Positions 38,416-47,732 of a DNA stretch of 57,127 bases are shown in pieces (the first letter of the stretch is position 1; the number at the start of each line of letters is the position of its first letter). The notes under the pieces were generated by a model that saw nothing but the letters and a program-made list of their open reading frames with translations, had not been told where the DNA came from and made no database searches. A program made the position numbers and the translations under genes. Origin of the DNA: an uncultured Bacteroidales bacterium (lineage in GTDB: Bacteria > Bacteroidota > Bacteroidia > Bacteroidales > UBA12077); the NCBI GenBank assembly GCA_964461045.1, contig CAYWSJ010000005.1:1-57127 (forward strand). Reading direction: 5' to 3'.

Positions 38416-38775
38416 TTATTTAAGAAGTAACATAATTTTAGGAATAAAAATAACCAGGGCAACAATTACGGAAATAATTGAAGCAAAGAGTACTGCTCCT
38501 GCAGAAATATCTTTAGTTTTCCTGATCTGTTCATCTGATTTGGGTTGAATATAATTGCATATTTTTTCAATGCTTTGATTTATCATTTCAGAGGTAATTA
38601 CGATTCCAATGCAAATGATTATTGCCAGCCATTCAACAGAATTTATGGAGAAAAAGAAACCTGCCGCTATCACAAGCAAAATAGCCGTAAAATGAATATA
38701 ATTATCTTTTTCAGAAAAAATGAATTCTTTGATACCGCTGAATGCAGATTTGAACTTTTTCTTTAAATGTTGCAT
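38416..38775 (-). CDS. Prokaryotic diacylglycerol kinase family protein (DgkA / undecaprenol kinase)
   Basis: FKSAFSGI, EMINQSIEKICN, KDISAGAVL; three TMs. Confidence 0.9.
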   Translation of the reverse strand: MQHLKKKFKSAFSGIKEFIFSEKDNYIHFTAILLVIAAGFFFSINSVEWLAIIICIGIVITSEMINQSIEKICNYIQPKSDEQIRKTKDISAGAVLFASIISVIVALVIFIPKIMLLLK

Positions 38776-38795
38776 GGTTTATCGTGTAAGAATAT

Positions 38796-39542
38796 TTACC
38801 AGTTTTTTAAACTGAATTCATTACCGTCGAATTCGCCATAAGTAAAATTTGTAATCCAGTCGCCAAGGTTAATGTACCTTATGTTCCGGTCAATTTTCAT
38901 ATCAATGGGTTCATGTCTGTGCCCCAAAACGTAATAATCATAATTTTCTTTCTTTGCCAGCTCTTTTACATATTTTACTTGCAATTCTTTCTCTTCTCCC
39001 TGGAATTTTGGCGATTCTTCATTTGCTATGCGGCTGCTGTGCGACCATTTTCGGGCAATAGTAATTCCCAGGTTAGGATGAATTCTTGCAAATAGCCATT
39101 GTGCCAGTTTGTTCCTGAATATTTTTTTTAGGATTTTATAACTTGTATCACCAGGGCCTAATCCATCTCCATGAGCCAGGAAAAACCTTTTTCCTTTTAA
39201 AGTGGCAGATAAAGATTTTTTATGGTAGATCATTCCTGTTTCTTTCTGCAGGTATCCAAAAATCCACATGTCGTGATTCCCGGCAAAGAGATGTACAGGA
39301 ATGCCTTTGTCTGAAAATTCGGCTATTTTACCCAGGAACCTTGTTGAGCCTTTGGGTATAGTGTGTTTGTATTCAAACCAGAAATCAAAAATATCTCCAA
39401 GTAAATATAATTCTTCAACATCTGATTCAATATGATTGAGCCAATCGACAATTTTTTTCTCTCTTTCCAGGCTCTCCTCATAATTTGGGGCTCCAAGGTG
39501 AAAGTCAGATGCAAAATATATTTTTTTATTTCCGGTGTCCAT
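38796..39542 (-). CDS. lpxH: UDP-2,3-diacylglucosamine diphosphatase
   Basis: FASDFHLG, LLGDIFDFWFEY, GNHDMW, AHGDGLG, GHRH, NLGDW metallophosphoesterase motifs of the Bacteroidota LpxH type. Confidence 0.9.
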   Translation of the reverse strand: MDTGNKKIYFASDFHLGAPNYEESLEREKKIVDWLNHIESDVEELYLLGDIFDFWFEYKHTIPKGSTRFLGKIAEFSDKGIPVHLFAGNHDMWIFGYLQKETGMIYHKKSLSATLKGKRFFLAHGDGLGPGDTSYKILKKIFRNKLAQWLFARIHPNLGITIARKWSHSSRIANEESPKFQGEEKELQVKYVKELAKKENYDYYVLGHRHEPIDMKIDRNIRYINLGDWITNFTYGEFDGNEFSLKNW

Positions 39543-39549
39543 TTATTAT

Positions 39550-40698
39550 TTAATCAAGTGCAATCGAAAGAGTTCTCTTCAGGTCATTTATCTCAGGTGT
39601 CCTGCTTATAATTTCACGGTTTTTATTAAGCAGAAAATCTGTAGGCAATTCAGTTATATTGTAAACTTTACCATAATATTGATTCCTTCCTTTTCCTCCT
39701 ACGTTTATCCATGGCAGCTCATCAAATTTTACAGCTTTTTTCCAGTTTTCAGAGTCTGTATCTAAATTTACCTGGTAAATTTCAAAGCCTTTTGGGTGAT
39801 ACTGTTTATATACTTTCTTCAATTTAAGGTTTCTTTCAAGACTTCTCTTATTATTAGCCGACCAGAAGCTAATTAATAACATTTTTTCATGAATATCTTT
39901 TAGCGAAATGGTATCGCCTTCAATATTTGGTAATCTGATCATGGGTACAGGAAAATCTGATTGTTCAGCATACTTTTGAAATTTAGTATTTGTCTCAAGA
40001 TTCCTGTATTTTTTCATCAGGTTGTCTTTATTAGCAATAAGCGCTTTTACATGATCCGAATCAGGATACTTTTTCTTTAGTGAATCAGCAACAAGTTTTA
40101 TATACTGCAAATCCATATTTTTAAAGAGTACATAAGTGTCATCATTAATTTTCTGGTAAAGCGCCATTATGCTTGCCATAGAGCCCAGGTTGTCGAGGAT
40201 GAAAGCAATCGAGGAGTCTCTCTGGCTTTCTACAATTGACTGGTATTCAGCATTAATTTTTTCTTGTTTTTTCGGATTTTTGGTTTTTGTATATAAGTTT
40301 TTCAGCGAATCTAATTTATATTTTGTGCTTGCCAGTCTGTTGCTTAATTTTTTAACTTTTTTGCTTCCTTCGGAGCCATTAATTGAATAATTGTTTAAGT
40401 TTTCAGAAGTGAATTTTAGTTCTACTTCTTCACCTGGTTCAACAAGTAAAGTAATGTAACGGCTGTTTGATAGACCCAACTGATAGAATTTTGGATGCTC
40501 GATGGTTTCTTTGAATGAAAATTTGCCCTTTTTATTTGTTCGCGCTGAATCAATTATTTGTGTGTTTCCAAGCAGGATTTCTTTCAGATAAACGGGTTTT
40601 TCTTTTACCCCTTTTATCTGCCCATCTATTTTTATTTTGTTTTGTTGGTTACAACTTGCGATTACCAGGATTAATAATAAAAAATATAGCCTTTTCAT
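39550..40698 (-). CDS. DUF4369 + TlpA/thioredoxin-like lipoprotein lacking CxxC
   Basis: Lipobox IASC; N-terminal IDGQI...IDSARTNKKGKFSF; C-terminal LISFWSA...GFEIYQVNLD...WKKAV...LPWIN...YNITELP. Confidence 0.82.
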   Translation of the reverse strand: MKRLYFLLLILVIASCNQQNKIKIDGQIKGVKEKPVYLKEILLGNTQIIDSARTNKKGKFSFKETIEHPKFYQLGLSNSRYITLLVEPGEEVELKFTSENLNNYSINGSEGSKKVKKLSNRLASTKYKLDSLKNLYTKTKNPKKQEKINAEYQSIVESQRDSSIAFILDNLGSMASIMALYQKINDDTYVLFKNMDLQYIKLVADSLKKKYPDSDHVKALIANKDNLMKKYRNLETNTKFQKYAEQSDFPVPMIRLPNIEGDTISLKDIHEKMLLISFWSANNKRSLERNLKLKKVYKQYHPKGFEIYQVNLDTDSENWKKAVKFDELPWINVGGKGRNQYYGKVYNITELPTDFLLNKNREIISRTPEINDLKRTLSIALD

Positions 40699-40834
40699 GG
40701 TCGAGAGTATTTACTTTTTTCCTCAAAAATAATAAAATGAAATTTTCAAAGGAGATTCTTGTTGGCTTTTATTTAAAATAAATAATTGTTAATAAAAAGG
40801 CAACATATTCCTCCTATAAGTTTAATTGATAATT

Positions 40835-42019
40835 TTAATTAGTCTTTCCGGGTGTTTTGATTAATTTTAATTCATTTGTCAATAACCTTGTCAACAGGAT
40901 TAAACTAATTGGAATGATACAAGGACTGAATTGTTGGTTAAAAAAGCTGAAACCTATTAACAGAGTTATAATAGTTAGAATATATAATCCAATCAGGACT
41001 TTGTTTATTTTTTTTAGAGAGAAGGCTTTTCCAATAATTACCAATACAGCAATTGGTGATGCCCATAATAAATCCAGGTTTGCATTCATAGCCTGGTGTT
41101 CTGAGATAAACCAGAGGAAGGAAAGCAAGATTCCCAGCAAACCAGTGACAGAATAAAGAAGATAATCAATGACTGACATTATTTTTTTTGAAAAACGGAA
41201 AATTGACAGGATAAAAATGATTCCGAATATTATCCAGAATACCCAAAGAGGCTCCCATGTATTTGTTAAAACAGGCCTTTGTGTTTTTACAAGTATTTTT
41301 CTGGGGCCTAATATACTCTGGGCCTCGTGCTTGTCTTTTTCTCTGAGTGTATGACTCATGTTGTAGGATAGATAGTCTGGAAGAAACATTTGCTCTTCAA
41401 AATCTGCTGTTTTATCTGCAGGCAATCCAAGTAAAATATTTATCCCCAGCTTAGCCCAGGGTAAATTCTTCAGATAAGGGAAGAGCATTTTTCTGAAAGT
41501 TTCAGGCGAATAAGCAGTTGAATCAAAATATAATGGTTGTTCAATTTGTTTTGCTGTTACATCCCATATTTTCGAGGAACAGTTGTTATAAAAGAAATCA
41601 TAAAGGTAATACCTGTTTTCAGGAAGATAGTTTTTTTGAAGAAATACCAGTAGCTTTTGTTTTTCCTTATCAGTGAGTATAATTTCTTCTTCAACTACTG
41701 ACCGGCCCTCGTTTTTGTACATTCTGAGAAATCTTCTTGTGGACTGTATGGCTAGCTGATAATTTAATTTCCCACTAACGAACTTCCAGTAAAAATGAGG
41801 CGTGTTAAAATCGAAAACACCGTAATTAAAAACAATATCTGTATTCGATATTGTGTCATGTACTCTGATAGCACTATGTCCGAACGTAGCGTATAATTCT
41901 TTCCCTGAAGAACATGTTAACAAGCTTATTTCTGCATTATTGGACAAGGGCTGCGAATGTGCTGTAAATACAGGTAAAAGAAAAAGAATGCAAGCGACAA
42001 AATTTTTAAATAGTTTCAT
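40835..42019 (-). CDS. DUF4105 domain membrane protein (Lnb-like lipoprotein N-acyltransferase candidate)
   Basis: LLTCSSGKELYATFGHSAIR, FNYGVFDF, YLYDFFYNNCSS, FLPDYL; four C-terminal TMs. Confidence 0.8.
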   Translation of the reverse strand: MKLFKNFVACILFLLPVFTAHSQPLSNNAEISLLTCSSGKELYATFGHSAIRVHDTISNTDIVFNYGVFDFNTPHFYWKFVSGKLNYQLAIQSTRRFLRMYKNEGRSVVEEEIILTDKEKQKLLVFLQKNYLPENRYYLYDFFYNNCSSKIWDVTAKQIEQPLYFDSTAYSPETFRKMLFPYLKNLPWAKLGINILLGLPADKTADFEEQMFLPDYLSYNMSHTLREKDKHEAQSILGPRKILVKTQRPVLTNTWEPLWVFWIIFGIIFILSIFRFSKKIMSVIDYLLYSVTGLLGILLSFLWFISEHQAMNANLDLLWASPIAVLVIIGKAFSLKKINKVLIGLYILTIITLLIGFSFFNQQFSPCIIPISLILLTRLLTNELKLIKTPGKTN

Positions 42020-42064
42020 TGAGCGTTATTTTCTATTTATTCTTATCACTTACAAAAGTAACAT

Positions 42065-45000
42065 TTAAAATCTTTTTCCTATAAATACAACATCATCAAC
42101 TTGATTATAATCCTTTTTCCATTCGTCAAAATTCTTTTCAAGGGCTTCTCTTTGCTGTTTTATCTCTAAATCCTGTATTGAAGCAAGGAAGTTTTTCAGA
42201 GGCCTTGATTTGAATTTTTTACCATCTTCTCCACCAAATTGATCAGCATATCCATCTGAGAAAATGTAGGCCGTATCTCCTTTATTGACATCTATTTTAT
42301 GGTTTGTAAATTTTTTGTTTTCAACCCCTGTGGTTCTTCCAATCGGGAAACGATTAGCCTTATATTCCTCTAGTTCTTTGCCTCTGTATAAATATAGAGA
42401 ATTGTAAGCTCCGGCGTATTCAAGGGTATTTGTATTTTTATCATAACACATTAAGGCTATATCCATTCCATCATTCACCACTGTTTCTCCATGCACATTG
42501 CTCTGATGCAATGCATTTAAAATTTCGTGATTTAATCTGTTTAAAATAAGATCGGGCCTTATAATTCCATATTCTTTTACAATTTTGGTAAGCAGATTAT
42601 GGCCCATAATTGACAAAAACGCACCAGGCACACCATGGCCTGTACAATCAACAGCGGCCATCAGTTCTTTGTTATCTACTGATTCGAACCAGTAAAAATC
42701 ACCACTCACAATATCTTTTGGCCTGAAAATCAAAAACATATTATTGAATGGAATGTCAGGAGGAAGTACTGCTACCTGGATTCTTTGAGCATACCGGATG
42801 CTGTCGAGAATATCATTATTTTTCTTTTCCAGTTCTTCATTTTTTCTTCTGATTTCAACTGTTCTTTCTGCTACTTTTTGTTCAAGAATTTGTTTTTCTT
42901 TTCTTAGGTTTCTTTCTCTTATTTTAATATATACCACTATAACTACAATGCCAATAATAATTACGCTTAATATGAACCACCATGTTTGATAAAATGGAGG
43001 TCTTATCGTAAAATTATAAGTAACAGGCTCGGAGTTCCAGACTCCTGCATAGTTTTTAGCTTTTAGTTTAAATGTGTACGATCCTGGAGATAAACTGGAA
43101 TAATTTACCATGGTTTGTTTAGTTGCGGGTCTCCATTTTTTATCGGCACCATCCAGTTTTATTTTGTATTTTACCAGATCAGGATTTGTTAATGAAATGC
43201 TGTTAAAATTGAAAATAAATGAATTTTCTTTATAATTAAATTTCTTTCCCGATTTGAGAGGGGCTTTTTCCATATTAACCAGCATTGATTCAATATGGGT
43301 TAAAGGTTCAGTTATTTTTTCATTTTCATATTCAGGATTGTATTTTATGGCTCCCTTAACAGTGCCAAACCAAATATTCCCCTGCTTATCTGTATAAGTT
43401 GCATTGTCTTTTGTTTCTATTCCTGTAAATCCATTCTTTTTGGTGTATGTGAATATTTTCTCACCCGGTAATTTTAATTGATTCAAACCTTTATTGGTTC
43501 CGATCAGTAAGTTGTTATTCTGATCTACATTAAGAAGAGTAACGTGATTACTTAGTAGTCCATTGTCTTCTGTAAATTTATGTATGAGCGAGTCAGAATT
43601 GTATTGATATAATCCTTTGGAGCGGGTTCCAATCCAGATTTTCCCTGATTTATCTTCTACTACTGCCGAAGGAGAAATAGCCGCATTGGTTTTGATTTGT
43701 TTGTATTTTTCTCCATCAATAATGGTAATACCTTTATATTCTGAGCCAACCCATACTCTTCCTTTGCTGTCAATATGCAAAGTTGTAATAGAATTGCTGG
43801 CAATTCCATCTTTCTGTGTGATAGCCTTTATTTCATGGTTGTTAATGTTATAGTGATATATTCCACCAATGGTTCCTATCCATAAATTGTTTTCAGAGTC
43901 AACTTCAATCTGAGTGATTACAATTCTTCTTCTTCTGAATTCGTTGTTAATAACAGGATCATAATAATATTCTCCGGATTCAGGAAAATACTGGAGAATC
44001 TGGTTTTCTGTTGATATCCAGATGTTTCCATCCTTGTCTTCTTTAATAAAACGGATTTTATTTCCAACTAATCTTCCTTTTTTGTTCAGGTATTTTACAG
44101 CATTTTTTTTATCAGATTCAGGGTTGTATATAGTTATGCCATTATTTGTACCAAACCAGTACTGGTTTTTATTATCCTGGTAGATTGCGTGTACTTGTGG
44201 ATCAATAATTCCCGGGTCAGGACTAATGTCTTTATTGTAGGTTATAAATTGATCTCCTTTAAATATCAGAAGACCGTGGTCGTTTGTTCCAATTAGTATA
44301 TTTCCTTCAAGATCTTCTTTTATCACTCTTATTTTATTGTCGTCGAGTCCATTTTCGGTATTAAATGTTTTTATATCTCCTTCTGAAAAGCGCGAGATTC
44401 CTCCTCCCCAGGTACCAACCCATACATCTCCACGGCTGTCTTCTGTAATATAGCTTATCCAGTTATTTGCAAGGCCATCGCGTTTCGAGTCATAAATTTT
44501 AAAAGAATCTTTTTCAGGATAATATCTGAAAAGTCCTCCATGAAATGTACCAAACCAAATTTGTCCTCTGCTGTCTTCCATCATAGTAGTAATTTGGAAA
44601 TAGCTGGTGAGTCCTTCTGGATAAAATTTAGTAAAAGCTTCTTCCTTTTCACTGTATTTGTTAATCATGGCATCAGATATGAAAAACAGGGAGCTGTCCA
44701 TGGCAAGGTGACTTCCAAAAATTCTGTCTCCAATTTCTTTCCCTTTAAAGTGGGAGTATTCCATTTGAGTGGTATCTAGCTGGTAAGGATTTTCAAGGCG
44801 AAAGATTCCGTCCCCGTGAGTTGTGATCCAGATGCGGCGATTTTTGCCTTCTATAATGGAAGTAATATCTGTGTTTATTTTTTCACTAACCGGGTGAATT
44901 CTGAAATCCTCCCTGTTGTAGAAAGTAATGGTTCCGGCTTTGTGTCCAAACCAGATATTCTGGTTTTGGTCAATATAAATGGTTCGCACAGCTTTTTCTC

Positions 45001-45268
45001 CAATTCCTTTGTCTGTTGTATAATTCACAAAATTTTTCCCATCAAATCTTGATATGCCACTTTCTGTGCCAAGCCATAAATAGCCCTGTTTATCCTGGGC
45101 AATATCATAAACTTTCGATTGCGATAAACCTTCTTTTACACTATACTGGTCAAAATAATATTCCTGTGCTATAACATTATTTGAAATCAGCAATAAAGCA
45201 AAAAAAAGAGTTACCCAAAGAATAGATTGGGTAACTCTTCTAAATAATTTAGAATCAGAATGTATCAT
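42065..45268 (-). CDS. Two-component-regulator beta-propeller + Y_Y_Y sensor with cytoplasmic SpoIIE/PP2C phosphatase domain
   Basis: Repeated GLxxNxIxxIxEDxxGxIWxGT blades; YSSLSPGSYTFKLKAKN; TM WWFILSVIII; PKDIVSGDFYW, DCTGHGVPGA, DGMD, FSDGYADQFGG, DDV. Confidence 0.93.
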   Translation of the reverse strand: MIHSDSKLFRRVTQSILWVTLFFALLLISNNVIAQEYYFDQYSVKEGLSQSKVYDIAQDKQGYLWLGTESGISRFDGKNFVNYTTDKGIGEKAVRTIYIDQNQNIWFGHKAGTITFYNREDFRIHPVSEKINTDITSIIEGKNRRIWITTHGDGIFRLENPYQLDTTQMEYSHFKGKEIGDRIFGSHLAMDSSLFFISDAMINKYSEKEEAFTKFYPEGLTSYFQITTMMEDSRGQIWFGTFHGGLFRYYPEKDSFKIYDSKRDGLANNWISYITEDSRGDVWVGTWGGGISRFSEGDIKTFNTENGLDDNKIRVIKEDLEGNILIGTNDHGLLIFKGDQFITYNKDISPDPGIIDPQVHAIYQDNKNQYWFGTNNGITIYNPESDKKNAVKYLNKKGRLVGNKIRFIKEDKDGNIWISTENQILQYFPESGEYYYDPVINNEFRRRRIVITQIEVDSENNLWIGTIGGIYHYNINNHEIKAITQKDGIASNSITTLHIDSKGRVWVGSEYKGITIIDGEKYKQIKTNAAISPSAVVEDKSGKIWIGTRSKGLYQYNSDSLIHKFTEDNGLLSNHVTLLNVDQNNNLLIGTNKGLNQLKLPGEKIFTYTKKNGFTGIETKDNATYTDKQGNIWFGTVKGAIKYNPEYENEKITEPLTHIESMLVNMEKAPLKSGKKFNYKENSFIFNFNSISLTNPDLVKYKIKLDGADKKWRPATKQTMVNYSSLSPGSYTFKLKAKNYAGVWNSEPVTYNFTIRPPFYQTWWFILSVIIIGIVVIVVYIKIRERNLRKEKQILEQKVAERTVEIRRKNEELEKKNNDILDSIRYAQRIQVAVLPPDIPFNNMFLIFRPKDIVSGDFYWFESVDNKELMAAVDCTGHGVPGAFLSIMGHNLLTKIVKEYGIIRPDLILNRLNHEILNALHQSNVHGETVVNDGMDIALMCYDKNTNTLEYAGAYNSLYLYRGKELEEYKANRFPIGRTTGVENKKFTNHKIDVNKGDTAYIFSDGYADQFGGEDGKKFKSRPLKNFLASIQDLEIKQQREALEKNFDEWKKDYNQVDDVVFIGKRF

Positions 45269-45280
45269 AAATGTATTTTT

Positions 45281-47632
45281 TTATTTCTCTTTTGAAATAA
45301 AGAAGAAAGTTCCTCCTTCATCTTCCAGTCCTGCAATTTTCCCGAATTGAGGTTTTTGTCTTCCTGCTTTTGAAACCGCAAGCGTAACCTTAGATACAAC
45401 ATCTTCAATTGGCAAACAGGCATTGGGGTTATTTTCTAATGTATTTGCAAATGTTTCTGTAAATTGAGATTCGTCTACAGCTAATTCATATCCTGCAGAT
45501 GAGAGTACCTGCGCCGATTTAGCTTGAGTATCTCTCCAGTCACTGCAGTCGCGTTTTTTATGAATCGATCTCATTGCCTGGTAAAATGAGGGGCCTGATT
45601 CACATGCATCTGTAACTACGAGAGTGTGGGTTACATGTTTTGAGTAAGCCTGCAATGAAGCTTTCAGGTTGTTAATGTTAAAGAAAGAAAATTCATCATC
45701 TCTGTTGGCATCAATTGGAACCCAATAGCCGGTTTCGTTAATAAATTTTCCATGTCCTGCATACCAGATTAACAATGAATTAACTTTGTTTGTGCGAACC
45801 AGGTCGCGAAGTTCAATAGAAAAGAATTTTTCCAGCTCTCTTTTGGTCAGGTTCTTCTTATGAATAAAATTATGAATCCTGTAGTTTGCTAATACGGATT
45901 TGATTTTACTTACATCCTTCACAGGTCCGTCAAGACTGGCAAATGTTTCGTAGTCCGAGTTTTCTATAAACACAACCCATGTTTTACCCATTGGATTATC
46001 TTTGGCAATATTCACTCCCTCACGGTTGAATTTGAATAATTTAGTTTTCGTATTACCGTGGATATCTGTTGCTTTAACGGTTATTTCATTTTTATTTGAA
46101 ATATCTATTGTTGCCGAAAACTGCGGGTCATTAATTTTTTGCGAGTAACTCGCTACTTTATCTTCTATATAAATGTCTTTTATTAAACTTTCATCCTTAA
46201 TTTTTCCTTCTACGTATAATTTAGGATTGTCGTTTTGTAAATATATTTCTCCGTTATCTGATGCATAAGGTGTTACCAGCTTTATCTCAGGAGCATCAAT
46301 TTCAGTTTTCTTGATAGGGTAATATAATTCTTTTGTATTGTTGTATACATCCTTTGCTAAAATTGTAATCCCTTTCTTATCCACTACAGGAACTTCAGCA
46401 GCAAAGATTGTCTTTCCCTTTTCGTTTTTTTCAAATTCAAAATCCTGGTCTTCAATTTTAAAAGATTTCAAATCACTTTCATCTTTTATTACTCCTGCTA
46501 GTAATACTTTTTCAGCATCACCGCGAACAATTAAAGTTTTTCCTTCTTTTCTGATTGAATCTGCAAAAGCTATCTCAGGAGCATTTTCCTCTCGCCTTAG
46601 TTCATATAACTTTTTCTCTACTCTTACGATCCTTTCTTTCGATGCAGCAGAATCATTTTTAGCAAGTTGTATGAATTTTTGATAGTCATTTGCTGCTTTT
46701 TTATAATTAGTTACTTCTTCATTTGACTTGCCTCTGTAATAATATGCTTCTGCATTTTTTGGATTTAGGCTGATGACTTTGCTAAAGTCATTTACTGCAT
46801 TCATATTTTGATTAAAATTCTGGTAATATAAGCCTCTTTTGAAGAAAATATCTTCATCGTCCGGGCTGAAGAGTAATATTTTTGATAAGTCATTGATTGC
46901 TTTCGGGTATTCTAATTTCTGTTTGTATACTTTGCTTCTGATTAATAGTATATCTTTATTTTTACTGTCTACAGATAATGCCTGGTTACAAGCTTCAAGA
47001 GCTTTATCATATTCTCCTGATTTTAATAGCACTTCTGATAATGCTATATGGGTTGTCATATCTGTAGGGATATACTCTAAAGCTTTTCTGAAATCTTTTT
47101 CAGCTTCCTGGTTTTTATCCAGTTTTTCTGCAACAAATCCCTGGGTATAATAATTTGGACCATTTTCCTCTAATTCAGTAAGTTTTTTGCTGTGTTTATA
47201 TGCCTTCGAATATTTTTTTAGCTGAATTAGAGCCTTAATATTTAACTTGTATGCATCTAAATGCTCATCTTCCAATTTAATAGTTTGTTGCGCCATTTTA
47301 CTTGCATTTTCATAGTCTTCTATATCCATATACAAGTTTGCCGCTTTCATATAAAGCTCAGGTTCCTTTTTAAAAGTAGCTGCCCTGCTGTAATCTTCGG
47401 CTGCTTTACTTTTTTTATCCAGTTTTTTATAAGCATTTGCTCTTGCAAGGTAAGCTTTAGGGTTATCTGCATCTTCTTCTAACCATTGCGAAAATTGAGC
47501 TATAGCATCATTGTAATTCCCTGAATCATAAAATTCCATTCCGGTTTTGTAGAGCTTACTAGTACATTGGGAAAATAAAACTCCTACAAAAATCAGAACA
47601 ACAATAGGTGAAAGTAATTTGGTTTTATTCAT
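45281..47632 (-). CDS. TPR + Ig-like + caspase-family (peptidase C14) protein, putative lipoprotein
   Basis: N-terminal hydrophobic segment ending FSQC; about 300 aa of TPRs; two APEI...GxIKDES...AxD repeats; C-terminal WYAGHG and TDACESG His/Cys dyad motifs. Confidence 0.85.
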   Translation of the reverse strand: MNKTKLLSPIVVLIFVGVLFSQCTSKLYKTGMEFYDSGNYNDAIAQFSQWLEEDADNPKAYLARANAYKKLDKKSKAAEDYSRAATFKKEPELYMKAANLYMDIEDYENASKMAQQTIKLEDEHLDAYKLNIKALIQLKKYSKAYKHSKKLTELEENGPNYYTQGFVAEKLDKNQEAEKDFRKALEYIPTDMTTHIALSEVLLKSGEYDKALEACNQALSVDSKNKDILLIRSKVYKQKLEYPKAINDLSKILLFSPDDEDIFFKRGLYYQNFNQNMNAVNDFSKVISLNPKNAEAYYYRGKSNEEVTNYKKAANDYQKFIQLAKNDSAASKERIVRVEKKLYELRREENAPEIAFADSIRKEGKTLIVRGDAEKVLLAGVIKDESDLKSFKIEDQDFEFEKNEKGKTIFAAEVPVVDKKGITILAKDVYNNTKELYYPIKKTEIDAPEIKLVTPYASDNGEIYLQNDNPKLYVEGKIKDESLIKDIYIEDKVASYSQKINDPQFSATIDISNKNEITVKATDIHGNTKTKLFKFNREGVNIAKDNPMGKTWVVFIENSDYETFASLDGPVKDVSKIKSVLANYRIHNFIHKKNLTKRELEKFFSIELRDLVRTNKVNSLLIWYAGHGKFINETGYWVPIDANRDDEFSFFNINNLKASLQAYSKHVTHTLVVTDACESGPSFYQAMRSIHKKRDCSDWRDTQAKSAQVLSSAGYELAVDESQFTETFANTLENNPNACLPIEDVVSKVTLAVSKAGRQKPQFGKIAGLEDEGGTFFFISKEK

Positions 47633-47732
47633 GGCTATCTAATTTATTTTCAGTTTCGTTTATTATCTACATAAATCATTCCAAAAATAATAAATAAACA
47701 TATATAAATAAAAAGAAATGAAAGGTTTATAG

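Noticed and set aside
42065-47632. Anti-phage defence island built on the caspase
   Set aside because: No gasdermin, NLR/STAND, CBASS, TIR or cas genes nearby; neighbours are housekeeping and the protease appears exported.
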